DNA from: Bacteroidales bacterium
GTDB lineage: Bacteria > Bacteroidota > Bacteroidia > Bacteroidales > NBLH01
Assembly: GCA_050296515.1 (NCBI GenBank)
Contig: JBNKRJ010000051.1
Coordinates: 51,192 to 115,191, forward strand
Length of the DNA stretch: 64,000 nt
Direction: 5' to 3'
Position 1 is the stretch's first letter. Each line of letters opens with the position of its first letter. The translations under genes were made by a program, and so were the position numbers. The notes beneath the pieces were generated by a model. The model did not search any database. It was given only the letters and a program-made list of their open reading frames with translations, and was not told the origin of the DNA. Shown piece by piece: positions 9,606 through 19,653 of this stretch.

Positions 9606-11687
9606 TTAATTCTCTTTTGGTTGATATTTTTCTTTTAGATAATCGTATGTTGCCATTTGTGATCGTACAAGGGATTTATCGTTTACAATAGGAATATTTC
9701 TCATTTTTTCGCCCACAAAGCAAGCCTTCACATTATCTTTTAACTGTATGTTTAAAATATCAAGCAACTCTTGCTTTAATTCATTATCATAAACTGGAAA
9801 TCCACACTCGATTCTTCTGTAAAGATTTCGCTTCATCCAATCGGCTGAGCTTAAATAAATTACCGGATCACCTTGATTATTAAACACAAATACCCTTGCA
9901 TGTTCCAAAAAGCGGTCAACAATTCTTATTACTCGGATGTTCTTACTATACTTTTTACCAGCCTTAAGAATACATGAGCCTCTTACAATTAGGTCAACTT
10001 TTACTCCCTTTTGGCTCGCCTTGTATAACAAATCAACCGTAAAAGGATCCTGCAAGCCATTCATTTTAAGCAAAATATATCCCTTCCCTCCTTTTTTGGC
10101 AATTTCAATTTCTTTTTCAATCAGTCTTGCAAAAGTTTCAACCATATTGTAATTAGGCACCAAAATGTGTTTGAAGTTCATCTCAATCTTTTGATCCTCA
10201 AGATGTGCAAACAGTCGCTTCAAGTCTTTAATAATTCCTTTGTGCGAGGTAAATAGACCGTGATCACCATAAAGCCGGGCAGTTTTTTCATTAAAATTAC
10301 CAGTACCCATAAATGCCTGACTTTTTAGCTCAGCTTCCGGCTTTCTTATAACTAAAGCAACTTTTGCATGAACTTTTAAGTTAGGAATACTGTAAATAAT
10401 TTTAACTCCTGCCTTAAGCATCTCACTAGCATACAACAGGTTGGCCTCTTCGTCAAATCTTGCTTTTAACTCCACAAACACGGTTACTTTTTTGCCATTT
10501 TCAGCTGCTTCAATTAAGGCGCTAACCACTTCAGAATGTGTTGCAACCCTGTATTGTGTAGACATAATTTCTGTCACTGAATCATCTCTTGTAGCTTCTC
10601 TTAAAAACTGAATAAAATGATCGTAAGTCTGGTAAGGTACACTTAATAAATAATCCTTTTTATTTACGCAAGAAGAGATTGATTTTCCACTCATAAAGTC
10701 AGGAATCCTAACTCTTGATAATTTCATATATTCAAGCTCTGGCGAATGTGGGTTTGGAAATGAGAAAAAGTCACGAAAATTATGATGGGTCCCTCCTTTA
10801 ACAGTAATAGAGCTATCAATTCTTAATGCATCGAGTAAATACTTCAACATTCTGTGAGGGATATCCCGGTAATGCAAAAACCTGTTTGGTTCACCTAATG
10901 AACGTGATGCCCTTATAGATGAAATGGCATTTATTAACTCCTCCCCTTCGTATTCATCGTAATCCATATCAGCATCACGAGTCAATTTTATTGAGTGCCA
11001 GTCTTTTACCAGATAACCTGGAAATATTTTATGAACAAATTTCATAATGGTGTCATCCAAAAAGATAATCGAATGTTTCCCATTTTCCGGAGGTAGTGTG
11101 ATAAACCTTGAAATATTATGGTCTGTGGGCAATTTTATCAAACCATATTTAGGAATTCGCCTGCTTAAACTCTTAAATGCAGAATCCTTACTATAAAGTT
11201 CAAGAGCCAGATATACCTGACCTGTTTTTAGAAAGGGATAAATCCTATTCCTAACTAACAAAACCGGTTGAATGGTTGATAATATTTTTGAATCAAAAAT
11301 ATTTTCAAGAAATTCTGTTTGGCTATCAGATAATTCTGCACCCTTTTCTAAAAGATAGATTCCATTCTTTTTTAATTCAGGAACTATTTTCTGTTCAAAG
11401 ATTTCATGAAATTCAGCTTGATGTAAACTAACTGTTTGGTTTATTTTACGAATTATTTTTGCAGGATCTCGTTCACCAAATCCCTCAGGAAGAAGAGTTT
11501 CTGATTCAATCAACTGCCGATAATAACTTACTCTTACCTGGTAAAATTCTTCAAGGTTATTCGAAAAAATAGCCAAAAACTTGATACGTTCATAAAGTGG
11601 GTTTGTTTCATCTATTGCTTCTTGCAAAACTCTATAATTAAATGAAAGCCAACTTAAATCACGATTATAGTAAGAGTATTTGGACAT
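9606..11687 (-). CDS. ppk1: Polyphosphate kinase 1
   Basis: NRDLSWLSFNYRVLQEA, NNLEEFY, VELKARFDEE, KVHAK, GTGNFNE, DRFLEHAR, SSADWMKRNL. Confidence 0.95.
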   Translation of the reverse strand: MSKYSYYNRDLSWLSFNYRVLQEAIDETNPLYERIKFLAIFSNNLEEFYQVRVSYYRQLIESETLLPEGFGERDPAKIIRKINQTVSLHQAEFHEIFEQKIVPELKKNGIYLLEKGAELSDSQTEFLENIFDSKILSTIQPVLLVRNRIYPFLKTGQVYLALELYSKDSAFKSLSRRIPKYGLIKLPTDHNISRFITLPPENGKHSIIFLDDTIMKFVHKIFPGYLVKDWHSIKLTRDADMDYDEYEGEELINAISSIRASRSLGEPNRFLHYRDIPHRMLKYLLDALRIDSSITVKGGTHHNFRDFFSFPNPHSPELEYMKLSRVRIPDFMSGKSISSCVNKKDYLLSVPYQTYDHFIQFLREATRDDSVTEIMSTQYRVATHSEVVSALIEAAENGKKVTVFVELKARFDEEANLLYASEMLKAGVKIIYSIPNLKVHAKVALVIRKPEAELKSQAFMGTGNFNEKTARLYGDHGLFTSHKGIIKDLKRLFAHLEDQKIEMNFKHILVPNYNMVETFARLIEKEIEIAKKGGKGYILLKMNGLQDPFTVDLLYKASQKGVKVDLIVRGSCILKAGKKYSKNIRVIRIVDRFLEHARVFVFNNQGDPVIYLSSADWMKRNLYRRIECGFPVYDNELKQELLDILNIQLKDNVKACFVGEKMRNIPIVNDKSLVRSQMATYDYLKEKYQPKEN

Positions 11688-11772
11688 AGAACGCCTTGTT
11701 TGTTTTTAGTATTATCTAACAAATATAATAATAGTTTACTTGTTGGCTCGCTAAAAGGATTTAATTTGTCAG

Positions 11773-12270
11773 CTATGGAGTAAGTCTTTTGATAATATTT
11801 TCATGCTGAGGAAATTTACTCAATAGATTATCCTTTGTAGCCAGCTGAAAATCAGCAAAATCAAACCCGGGTGCAACAAAACAGCCAACTAAAGAATACT
11901 CTTTGGAGTTGTCTGGTGAGGCACCAAACCAACAACCTGCCGGAACAATATGCTGAGGGAATTCTCCGTTCTCCAAATTCAGGCCTAGTTTTAAAACCTG
12001 GTAATTACCAGAAGGATCAATAACATGTATATTTAAGGGATCTCCAGCATGAAATGCCCAAATTTCGTCTGATTTAATTCTATGAAAATGAGACACTTGA
12101 TCGCCTTTTAATAAAAAGTAAATGGAAGTATAAAATTTACGATTACCGCTATACCTTTCAGGAAGTGCTTCTGCATTTATTATTTCATTTGCAGCAAAAG
12201 TTTCATAATAATAACCTCCCTCAGGATGAGCTTGCAATTCAAGTTTGCTGATCCAGTATTCTGCATTCAT
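11773..12270 (-). CDS. Cupin domain protein (DUF985/Cupin_5)
   Basis: HPEGGYY, TSIYFLL, SHFHRIKSDEIW, VAPGFDFADF. Confidence 0.9.
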   Translation of the reverse strand: MNAEYWISKLELQAHPEGGYYYETFAANEIINAEALPERYSGNRKFYTSIYFLLKGDQVSHFHRIKSDEIWAFHAGDPLNIHVIDPSGNYQVLKLGLNLENGEFPQHIVPAGCWFGASPDNSKEYSLVGCFVAPGFDFADFQLATKDNLLSKFPQHENIIKRLTP

Positions 12271-12362
12271 TTGAGTCGATTTTAAAACAAAAATAATCCA
12301 AAATTTGAATAAAAAAAGCTGTCCAAAAGAACAGCTTCAAAATAACTTTAAGAATAAATAAT

Positions 12363-13871
12363 CTACAAACCAAATGCATAATAATATCTTCCGGGTATAT
12401 CTTCGTAAACTCCGGCAATCATAACCCCACCTTCCTTATTATCAACCAATTTCAAGAAATCTTCAACTGTTTTAACAGCTTTATTGTTTGCATGAGTAAT
12501 GATGAAACCTTCTCGCATTTGTGTATATCTTCTTAGTTTACCTTCGTTAAGTTTAACTACTTTAACTCCACCTTCAATACCCAATTTGTGTGCAGTTTTT
12601 GAATTGATTGCTTCAAGTTCGCAACCCAAAACACTCATTAATTCCTTGTCTTCTTTCTGAACCATGTCTGTAGACCCCGAGCGATTACTTAAAGTCACAG
12701 AGTATTCTTTTCTTTTACCTTCCCGATCAACCAAAATCTTTATGTCATCTCCCGGACGATGGCCGGCAATAATCTCCTGAAGCTTTGGCGTAGAATTGGT
12801 TGTTTCACCATCAATTGATAAAATAACATCTCCTTCTTTTAATCCGGCTTTAGCAGCAGCACTGTTATTTAATAAGCTATCGATATAAACACCTTCGGTT
12901 ACGTCTAGTTCTTTTTCTTTTGCTAAATTTCCATCTACAGATTTAATTGTAATTCCAAGTACTCCACGCTGAACTACTCCAAATTTTAATAAATCCTCAA
13001 CCACTTTATTTACAATATTGCTTGGCACGGCAAAGCCATATCCACTATAAGATCCTGTTGGACTGGCAATTGCAGTATTTATTCCAATCAGTCCTCCCTG
13101 AAGGTTTACCAATGCACCTCCACTATTTCCCGGGTTAATGGCAGCATCGGTCTGAATAAAACTTTCTATTGCATATTCAGCTTTTAATATATTGATGCTC
13201 CTTGCTTTCGCACTGACAATACCAGCAGTTACAGTTGAATTCAAGCTAAACGGGTTCCCTACAGCTAATACCCATTCACCAACTTTTACATCATCCGAAT
13301 TAACCAATGGCAAAGCAGGTAAGTTTTTTTCTTTAATCTGAATCAGGGCTAAATCTGTACTCGGGTCAGTACCAATCACTTTTGCTTTGTAATTCCTGTT
13401 ATCATACAATGTTACCTCAATATCATCCGCATTTTCAATTACATGATTATTGGTAATAATAAAACCATCTGAATTTATAATTACACCAGATCCGGCTGCC
13501 ATCTGTATATCAGGCTTTTGCTGATAGTTTTTAGGGGATTGTTGCGGGCCAAAGAAAAACTTGAAAAAATCGTCGTTATAAAAATCACGGAAAGGATCTT
13601 GCTGACGATAACGATTATGAGATCTATTTACATAACTCGTTTTGATGTGTACCACTGAATTTACAACTTTATCAACTGTTTTTGTAAAATCAAGTGGCTC
13701 AAAGTCTCCATTTTCAGTTTGACGAAACAATACTTTACTTGTTGGCGAAGTATTTATATGTTCAATTTTAATAGAATCATCATTTCGCTTGGTAAACATA
13801 TTTAGCGCAGCAAAAGAACCGATGCTAACGACCAGGGCAATTAAACCTGATAAAAATATCTGCTTCTTCAT
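12363..13871 (-). CDS. htrA: HtrA/DegP (Do) serine protease with PDZ domains
   Basis: TNNHVI, DLA, TDAAINPGNSGG catalytic triad motifs; two C-terminal PDZ regions. Confidence 0.93.
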   Translation of the reverse strand: MKKQIFLSGLIALVVSIGSFAALNMFTKRNDDSIKIEHINTSPTSKVLFRQTENGDFEPLDFTKTVDKVVNSVVHIKTSYVNRSHNRYRQQDPFRDFYNDDFFKFFFGPQQSPKNYQQKPDIQMAAGSGVIINSDGFIITNNHVIENADDIEVTLYDNRNYKAKVIGTDPSTDLALIQIKEKNLPALPLVNSDDVKVGEWVLAVGNPFSLNSTVTAGIVSAKARSINILKAEYAIESFIQTDAAINPGNSGGALVNLQGGLIGINTAIASPTGSYSGYGFAVPSNIVNKVVEDLLKFGVVQRGVLGITIKSVDGNLAKEKELDVTEGVYIDSLLNNSAAAKAGLKEGDVILSIDGETTNSTPKLQEIIAGHRPGDDIKILVDREGKRKEYSVTLSNRSGSTDMVQKEDKELMSVLGCELEAINSKTAHKLGIEGGVKVVKLNEGKLRRYTQMREGFIITHANNKAVKTVEDFLKLVDNKEGGVMIAGVYEDIPGRYYYAFGL

Positions 13872-14046
13872 GTCTTTAAATTTTTAGTTTATCATTTAAC
13901 TATTTTTGGTTTATTAAATCTGTAAGCCAAAAATATTTTTTTGAAATGATAAAAAGTGTTAAAAAATTCTAATCAATATTAAGCGCATGAATAAGGACTG
14001 CAATGAACACAGCCATAACAGTCCTTAAAACAACACTTTATAGATT

Positions 14047-14490
14047 TTACGAGATATCAATCACCCTTGGTGGTTTTGGCTTAGCCTCTTCTTTTTTAGG
14101 TATGCTAACGTACAAAATTCCATTCTCGTATTTAGCATTAATTTTTCCGTCATCGGCAGATTCAGGGAGCGCAAATGAACGGCTAAAAGACTGATAACTA
14201 AACTCTTTCCTTGAATAATTGCCTTCTGACTTTTCATCTTCCATTTTCTTTTCAGACGAAATGCAAAGCGTATTATTTTCAAGGTTGATTTTAAAATCTT
14301 TCTTAGTCATGCCTGGTACAGCCATCTCTACTTCAAAACCATTATCATCTTCCTTAATGTTTACAGCAGGTAAGGTGGTATTTGTATCAGAGAAATGCTT
14401 GTTTGACCAGTTTAACAAATCCTTGTCAAAAAAATCATTAAAAAAGTTTGACCATGATGGTAGATACTCATTGCGTTTCATTAGTGACAT
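14047..14490 (-). CDS. Hsp20/alpha-crystallin small heat shock protein
   Basis: LPAVNIKE, VPGM.K.DF, FSRSFALP, AKYENGILYVSIPK, IDI C-terminal motif. Confidence 0.95.
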   Translation of the reverse strand: MSLMKRNEYLPSWSNFFNDFFDKDLLNWSNKHFSDTNTTLPAVNIKEDDNGFEVEMAVPGMTKKDFKINLENNTLCISSEKKMEDEKSEGNYSRKEFSYQSFSRSFALPESADDGKINAKYENGILYVSIPKKEEAKPKPPRVIDIS

Positions 14491-14556
14491 AATAACCTCC
14501 TTTTTTTAAGTTTTACATTGTTTTCTGATTTAAAGTTTAATTCTGTAAAGAATTTT

Positions 14557-14707
14557 TCAAACAAAATGCCAAATAAGACCACCAACCAACACATCATCAA
14601 ATAAATAATTGATTATCAAATATTTAAAACAACATCTAAAAAGTTGTCAAATTTTCACAACCAGACAAATAGTCAGCAACAATCGCTCAATTAAAGACAT
14701 ATTGTCG
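14557..14707 (-). promoter_or_regulatory. Sigma54-type promoter of hsp20 with IHF-like site and upstream palindromic activator sites
   Basis: Minus strand TTGGCATTTTGTTTGA (14572-14557, GG-N10-GA); TATCAAATATTTA (14614-14626, matches WATCAANNNNTTR); GACA-N3-TGTC-like boxes at 14645-14657, 14663-14675, 14695-14707. Confidence 0.6.
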
Positions 14708-14809
14708 TGAATCTATGATTCAAAAGTTCATAATTAATTAAACTTGAAAGTGCAATATTTTATAGATATTTGTGTGTCACATATTTATAGATATTTAACC
14801 TAACCATAA

Positions 14810-15640
14810 ATGAAAAAACCATTTTTTATCCTTGTTATTAATATAGTTTCTAACTTTTCGATGCTTGCCCAACTTGAAACCGCCATGACATTCAATATCA
14901 GACTTGATACAGAATCTGATATTGAAAACAATTGGCATTATAGAAAGGCCGAGTTGGTTGAGTTGATAAAATTCTATCATCCGGATATACTTGGTATTCA
15001 AGAAGCTCTATCAAACCAGATGGAATACATAGACAGCTCACTTACCGATTATGCATTTGTTGGCGTTGGTAGGGATGATGGAAAAAAAGCTGGCGAGTAC
15101 AGTGCTATATTTTACAATTCGAAAAAATTTACTATTATCAAAAGCAATACTTTTTGGCTGTCTGAAACACCCGGGAAAGTATCGTTTGGTTGGGATGCTG
15201 CTTGCAAAAGAGTTTGTACTTATGCATTATTTGAAAACAAATCTACAAAAAAGCAATTTTGGGCTTTTAACACTCATTTTGATCACCAGGGTGAAAAAGC
15301 AAGGATAGGATCAACGAGTCTTATCGTACTCAAAATCAAAGAATTAACCAAGAATAAAAAACCAGTTGTTCTAACTGGTGATTTTAATATGACACCAGAG
15401 CATGAAAGTATCAAGACAATTAATAAACTAATGAAAGATGCCAGCAGTATTTCGAAGACAAAGCCTTATGGTCCAAATGGAACTTTTAGCGGTTTCGATA
15501 CACAAGCGGTTGCAAAGGAAAGAATTGACTACATCCTTGTAAATAACTTAAATGTAAATAAATACAGGCACATTGATGACAGAAGAAAAAACAATCTGCG
15601 AATTAGTGATCATTTACCTGTAATGGTAGAGTTTTATTAA
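14810..15640 (+). CDS. Exported endonuclease/exonuclease/phosphatase (EEP) family protein
   Basis: Signal peptide; MTFNIR, GIQEA, NTHFDH, TGDFN, RIDYI, SDHLPV. Confidence 0.9.
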   Translation: MKKPFFILVINIVSNFSMLAQLETAMTFNIRLDTESDIENNWHYRKAELVELIKFYHPDILGIQEALSNQMEYIDSSLTDYAFVGVGRDDGKKAGEYSAIFYNSKKFTIIKSNTFWLSETPGKVSFGWDAACKRVCTYALFENKSTKKQFWAFNTHFDHQGEKARIGSTSLIVLKIKELTKNKKPVVLTGDFNMTPEHESIKTINKLMKDASSISKTKPYGPNGTFSGFDTQAVAKERIDYILVNNLNVNKYRHIDDRRKNNLRISDHLPVMVEFY

Positions 15641-15667
15641 GAAATATCAATTTATAGCTAAAATAAT

Positions 15668-16654
15668 ATGAGTTTAATTAAACTAATAGATACCAAAAAA
15701 TATGATGAGGCTATAATGCAATGCAAAAAGCTTATAAAAGATGGTATTAACACTGGCGATGAATCAACCAGCTTGACCGGTTATGTTTATCTTGCAATCA
15801 TTTACACAAGACAAAACAAGCTAAAGAAAAGCAGGGCAATTTTTGATGAATATTACCTTGAGATATTAGATGAATGTACAAGCTTTTGGATTGGTACTGA
15901 ACTGGTTAACACCTACCTCTCGTATGGAGAGTTAAAAGCACCCTTAAACTATCTTAACGAATATCTTAACCAAAATCCTGATGATTTTAAAGGTTTGTAT
16001 CTTAAAGGGCATGTGCTATATCTGGGAAAAGAATATGAAGAGTCCTTGAAGGTTTTGCAAAAGGCTATAGAAATAAATAATTCAAACAAAGGTTTGCTCT
16101 ATAATGTAGCCATGGTTTATAAAGAACTAGGGAATGATGAACAAGCATTTAGATACTTTGAACTTTCATATGAAGCTGGAAACGATAAAGCAATTGAAGA
16201 AATTATAAAGCTTCTCTTTAAGAGAACCGGGTTTTGCGATTACGAAAATTGCGAAAACCCCTGTTGTACAAAAGTTAAACTAAAGGGAATTAACGCATTG
16301 ACAGTATCCAATAAGCAAAACTTCAAAGCTCTGGTAATTAATGATTCACGAAACAATTGTTGGATAAAATCAGGCAAAACAAAAAAAGGTCACTGGGTGT
16401 TTGAATGCAAAAACTTCGGTGAAAACAATTTTTGCAATGACTATAAGAATCGTCCCGAAACATGTAGAGATTACCCTTCTTCACTATTTGTAAAACGAGC
16501 CTGCTGTTCTTATGATTTTGAAATAAAAGAAAATCCTGTTCCTTTTAAATCAAAATCATCTCTGGCTGTGTTGCTCGATATTTTGGATAACTACAAATAC
16601 CAAAACGCAAAAGAGCAACTCTTGCTTAAAAACAAAGAATTGCTCAAATCTTAG
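15668..16654 (+). CDS. TPR protein with C-terminal YkgJ/CxxCxxCC-like cysteine-cluster domain
   Basis: N-terminal TPR-like helices; CDYENCENPCC...ECK...FCNDYKNRPETCRDYP. Confidence 0.7.
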   Translation: MSLIKLIDTKKYDEAIMQCKKLIKDGINTGDESTSLTGYVYLAIIYTRQNKLKKSRAIFDEYYLEILDECTSFWIGTELVNTYLSYGELKAPLNYLNEYLNQNPDDFKGLYLKGHVLYLGKEYEESLKVLQKAIEINNSNKGLLYNVAMVYKELGNDEQAFRYFELSYEAGNDKAIEEIIKLLFKRTGFCDYENCENPCCTKVKLKGINALTVSNKQNFKALVINDSRNNCWIKSGKTKKGHWVFECKNFGENNFCNDYKNRPETCRDYPSSLFVKRACCSYDFEIKENPVPFKSKSSLAVLLDILDNYKYQNAKEQLLLKNKELLKS

Positions 16655-16667
16655 TGACATTTCAAGG

Positions 16668-17801
16668 CTAATTGCTACTTTTCACCTTTGCTTTATTATT
16701 ATTGAAGTTGCCTCTTTTTTTCCGGCGTCCTTTACCTTTTCTATCGCTGTTTTTTTGTTTCATTGATAAAGAGTCAACAGTTTTCTCACCAAGCACATCA
16801 GTATGCATCAGCTTGTCCTCAAGCAAGTTATAAGGTTTAATCCCTTTCTTGTTCATTTGTATGATTTCTTTAACCCGTTCAAGCGAAACGGAAACAATTT
16901 CAGGCGAATCTTTTGCTCCAACACTATAATAAACCAGTTTTTTAAGCAAGTCTTTTTTAAATGGATAGGCAATTCCGCGCTCTGTTTCCAGCTCTAACAA
17001 AACATCAGGAAAATCTTCATGAGCTTCAATGTACTGATCGAGTTCGTACATTAAACAACATTTCAACTTTCCACATTGTCCTGTCAGTTTTTGAGCATTG
17101 TGCGGCAATTCTTGTATTCTGGCCGCAGTAGTTGAAACGGAGTCAAACTTATTTCGCCATGATGAACAGCATAATTCACGTCCGCAAGAGCCAATTCCGC
17201 CAACCAAAGCAGACTCCTGCCTTGCTCCTATTTGCCGCATTTCAATTCTTACATTAAACTCCTGTGCGTAATGCTTTATTAGTTCACGAAAATCAACACG
17301 TCCGTCAGCAATGTAGTAAAAGGTAGCTTTACTCCCGTCACCCTGAAACTCAACATCACTGATCTTCATTTCAAGTTCCAGTTTTTGAGCAAGTTGCCTT
17401 GCTTTTATCATTACTGGTTTTTCACGAAATCTTGCTTTAGTAAGTTTTTCAACATCGTACTTCGAAGCAATTCGATAGATTATCTTTTCAGGTTTGTTTT
17501 GTGGTGATTTTCTTTTCACCTGAAGCTCGGCCATTTTTCCTGTAAGCGAAACCACTCCTAAACCATGGCCACTTTCGCATTGAACAGCTACATAATCTCC
17601 CCTTTTTACAGGAAGCTTGTTTTGGTTTACATAAAACTCTTTACGATTATTTTTAAAGCTAACTTCAACAATTTTAGATGTTCCTGACTCAGGAATATTT
17701 TTTAACCAATCATAAGCTGTGTTTTTTGCATATTTTTTTTCTATTTCCTGAAAAGCATCTATATCTGATACGCCCTTTGAAGGGCAATTGTTACATCCCA
17801 T
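16668..17801 (-). CDS. ricT: PSP1/YaaT family regulatory Fe-S protein RicT (likely start 17801)
   Basis: VEVSFKNNRKEFY, RVDFRELI, RIEMRQIGARQE, GSCGRELCC, GQCGKLKCCL.YE. Confidence 0.9.
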   Translation of the reverse strand: MGCNNCPSKGVSDIDAFQEIEKKYAKNTAYDWLKNIPESGTSKIVEVSFKNNRKEFYVNQNKLPVKRGDYVAVQCESGHGLGVVSLTGKMAELQVKRKSPQNKPEKIIYRIASKYDVEKLTKARFREKPVMIKARQLAQKLELEMKISDVEFQGDGSKATFYYIADGRVDFRELIKHYAQEFNVRIEMRQIGARQESALVGGIGSCGRELCCSSWRNKFDSVSTTAARIQELPHNAQKLTGQCGKLKCCLMYELDQYIEAHEDFPDVLLELETERGIAYPFKKDLLKKLVYYSVGAKDSPEIVSVSLERVKEIIQMNKKGIKPYNLLEDKLMHTDVLGEKTVDSLSMKQKNSDRKGKGRRKKRGNFNNNKAKVKSSN

Positions 17802-17997
17802 ATTTTTATTTTTTACACCACAAAAGTATAAAGCGAATTGATTGAAAGCCCTTTTAAATATGAAAGAAGACAAGGATAATTCCCAAATAAATGAGAAAAC
17901 TTTAGTAAATACAGGCCTTATGAACGTTTTCTAATTTGAATATAGTTTTAAATGCTTATTTGAGAAGCATTTTATAAATTTGTATAAACAGCCATTT

Positions 17998-18855
17998 ATG
18001 AAAATAATTTTAATGTTGCCTTTTTTATTATCTTTTATGGCACTTAAGGGTCAAATCTTCGATACTAAAACGGAGAGTAAATTTCTATTCATTAATGTAG
18101 ATACTTTACATATTTATCCAAACCTTACTCACAAAAATGAAATCATTAAAATCAAGAACCATCTGATTAACAAGAATATAGAAGAGGAGTTTTTCCCATC
18201 CTACAGCTTTTATTTAGATAAGGATAGTGCTTATAAAGCTTATTTGTTCGTCTCAAAAGAAAAGCAAAGTGTGAAGCTAATTGTTGAGCTAAGCAAAAAC
18301 AAAACAGTCATTTATAATGATTACATTGCTTACTATGCCTTTTTAGAAGGGGCGTATGAAAAATGGCAAAATGCCTGGATTGCTGATTTCAACAATGACG
18401 GCAATCGGGATATTGGTATATATAAACAATTGATTGACTTTGAGTTACCTACAGAAGAATCTGAAAACATCAGTGCTGATGAAAAGTACCTACTACTGTT
18501 TAAAGATGGGAAATTTAATAGAAAAGAATGGAACAATAACATACTAATAAGATGTCAATTACACCCAAACCAAAAAGATATGAAATCAAAAGAAATTACC
18601 ATTACAGGAACCGCATTAAATGCAAAATTGGGCGCAATTATTCAAACCGAAAGTGGTGAAATATACTATCTATCAGGTATTTATGAATGGACGGATAATA
18701 TTACAAATAAAAAAATAAAGGTAACTGGTTCTATTTCAAGTGAATTTTACGCTCCCAAGGACTTAAAAACAAAAGATGGGGCCTATAAAACAGGAATGAG
18801 TGGTGAGAAAGTAAATATACAAAATGCGAAGTGGGAGGTAATTGAAAAAAACTAG
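17998..18855 (+). CDS. Hypothetical exported protein, apparently two domains
   Basis: Signal peptide from ATG 17998; DFNNDGNRD Ca-binding-like loop; C-terminal beta-rich domain. Confidence 0.55.
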   Translation: MKIILMLPFLLSFMALKGQIFDTKTESKFLFINVDTLHIYPNLTHKNEIIKIKNHLINKNIEEEFFPSYSFYLDKDSAYKAYLFVSKEKQSVKLIVELSKNKTVIYNDYIAYYAFLEGAYEKWQNAWIADFNNDGNRDIGIYKQLIDFELPTEESENISADEKYLLLFKDGKFNRKEWNNNILIRCQLHPNQKDMKSKEITITGTALNAKLGAIIQTESGEIYYLSGIYEWTDNITNKKIKVTGSISSEFYAPKDLKTKDGAYKTGMSGEKVNIQNAKWEVIEKN

Positions 18856-18921
18856 AGTTATGTCAAGGCTAATTTACCAGAAATATCAAATTTGACTTAA
18901 CACTAGTCAGTTATTCAGATA

Positions 18922-19503
18922 TCAGGTAATTTTTCGTCTATCGATAACTACTTTTAATACAAAATAAGAATAAAATGTATTTATCGGGATAAAATTATAC
19001 TGCAAAGCCTTGCTGGTTTTTCTGGCAATATCTAACAGCCCCAGACCTGCACCACCTTTTGGTGAAATTTTACCACCTGAAAGTTGGGTTGAATACATTT
19101 GGTTTAATTCCTCAAACGATGATTTGTTAATCAACTCAATAGAATCCTGCAATTTATCAACATTTTTATTCTTTACCTTATTTGATGATATAATAAAATA
19201 CTGTTCCTTCTTTTTTCCAATCATAAACAGTCCCTTACCAACATTAGCTAATTCAGAAATTTCATCGGAATGCCTGCTCATGTTTTGCAGTATTTCAATC
19301 ATTGCATGATAAACTCTCCTTTTGGTAACATTATCAACAGCCTTTTTCTCCATATCGGCCTCGGCCATTGCACTAAACATTTTTATGATATTGTGATTAA
19401 ACCTGCCCACGTAAACCAGGCTAATGCCTTTTCCAATTATATTATCGTAGATGGTAGTTATTCCGGAGAGAAAGTGTTCATCAATATCATACTTCTTTTT
19501 CAT
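18922..19503 (-). CDS. SiaB family protein kinase (DUF6272)
   Basis: IEILQNMSRH N-box and KGGAGLGLLDIARKT G-box. Confidence 0.85.
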   Translation of the reverse strand: MKKKYDIDEHFLSGITTIYDNIIGKGISLVYVGRFNHNIIKMFSAMAEADMEKKAVDNVTKRRVYHAMIEILQNMSRHSDEISELANVGKGLFMIGKKKEQYFIISSNKVKNKNVDKLQDSIELINKSSFEELNQMYSTQLSGGKISPKGGAGLGLLDIARKTSKALQYNFIPINTFYSYFVLKVVIDRRKIT

Positions 19504-19653
19504 ACGAGGTCAAGGCAAAGTTATCTCAGTAAATATAGCAAAAAAAGTTAAGCAAACTTAGAAAAATAGAAATCGGCATACCAGAACTTCAAAAATGGTT
19601 GTGAATAAATGTCCAATTTCTGTGCCGAGTTTGTCCAAACACATAAAGTTCTA

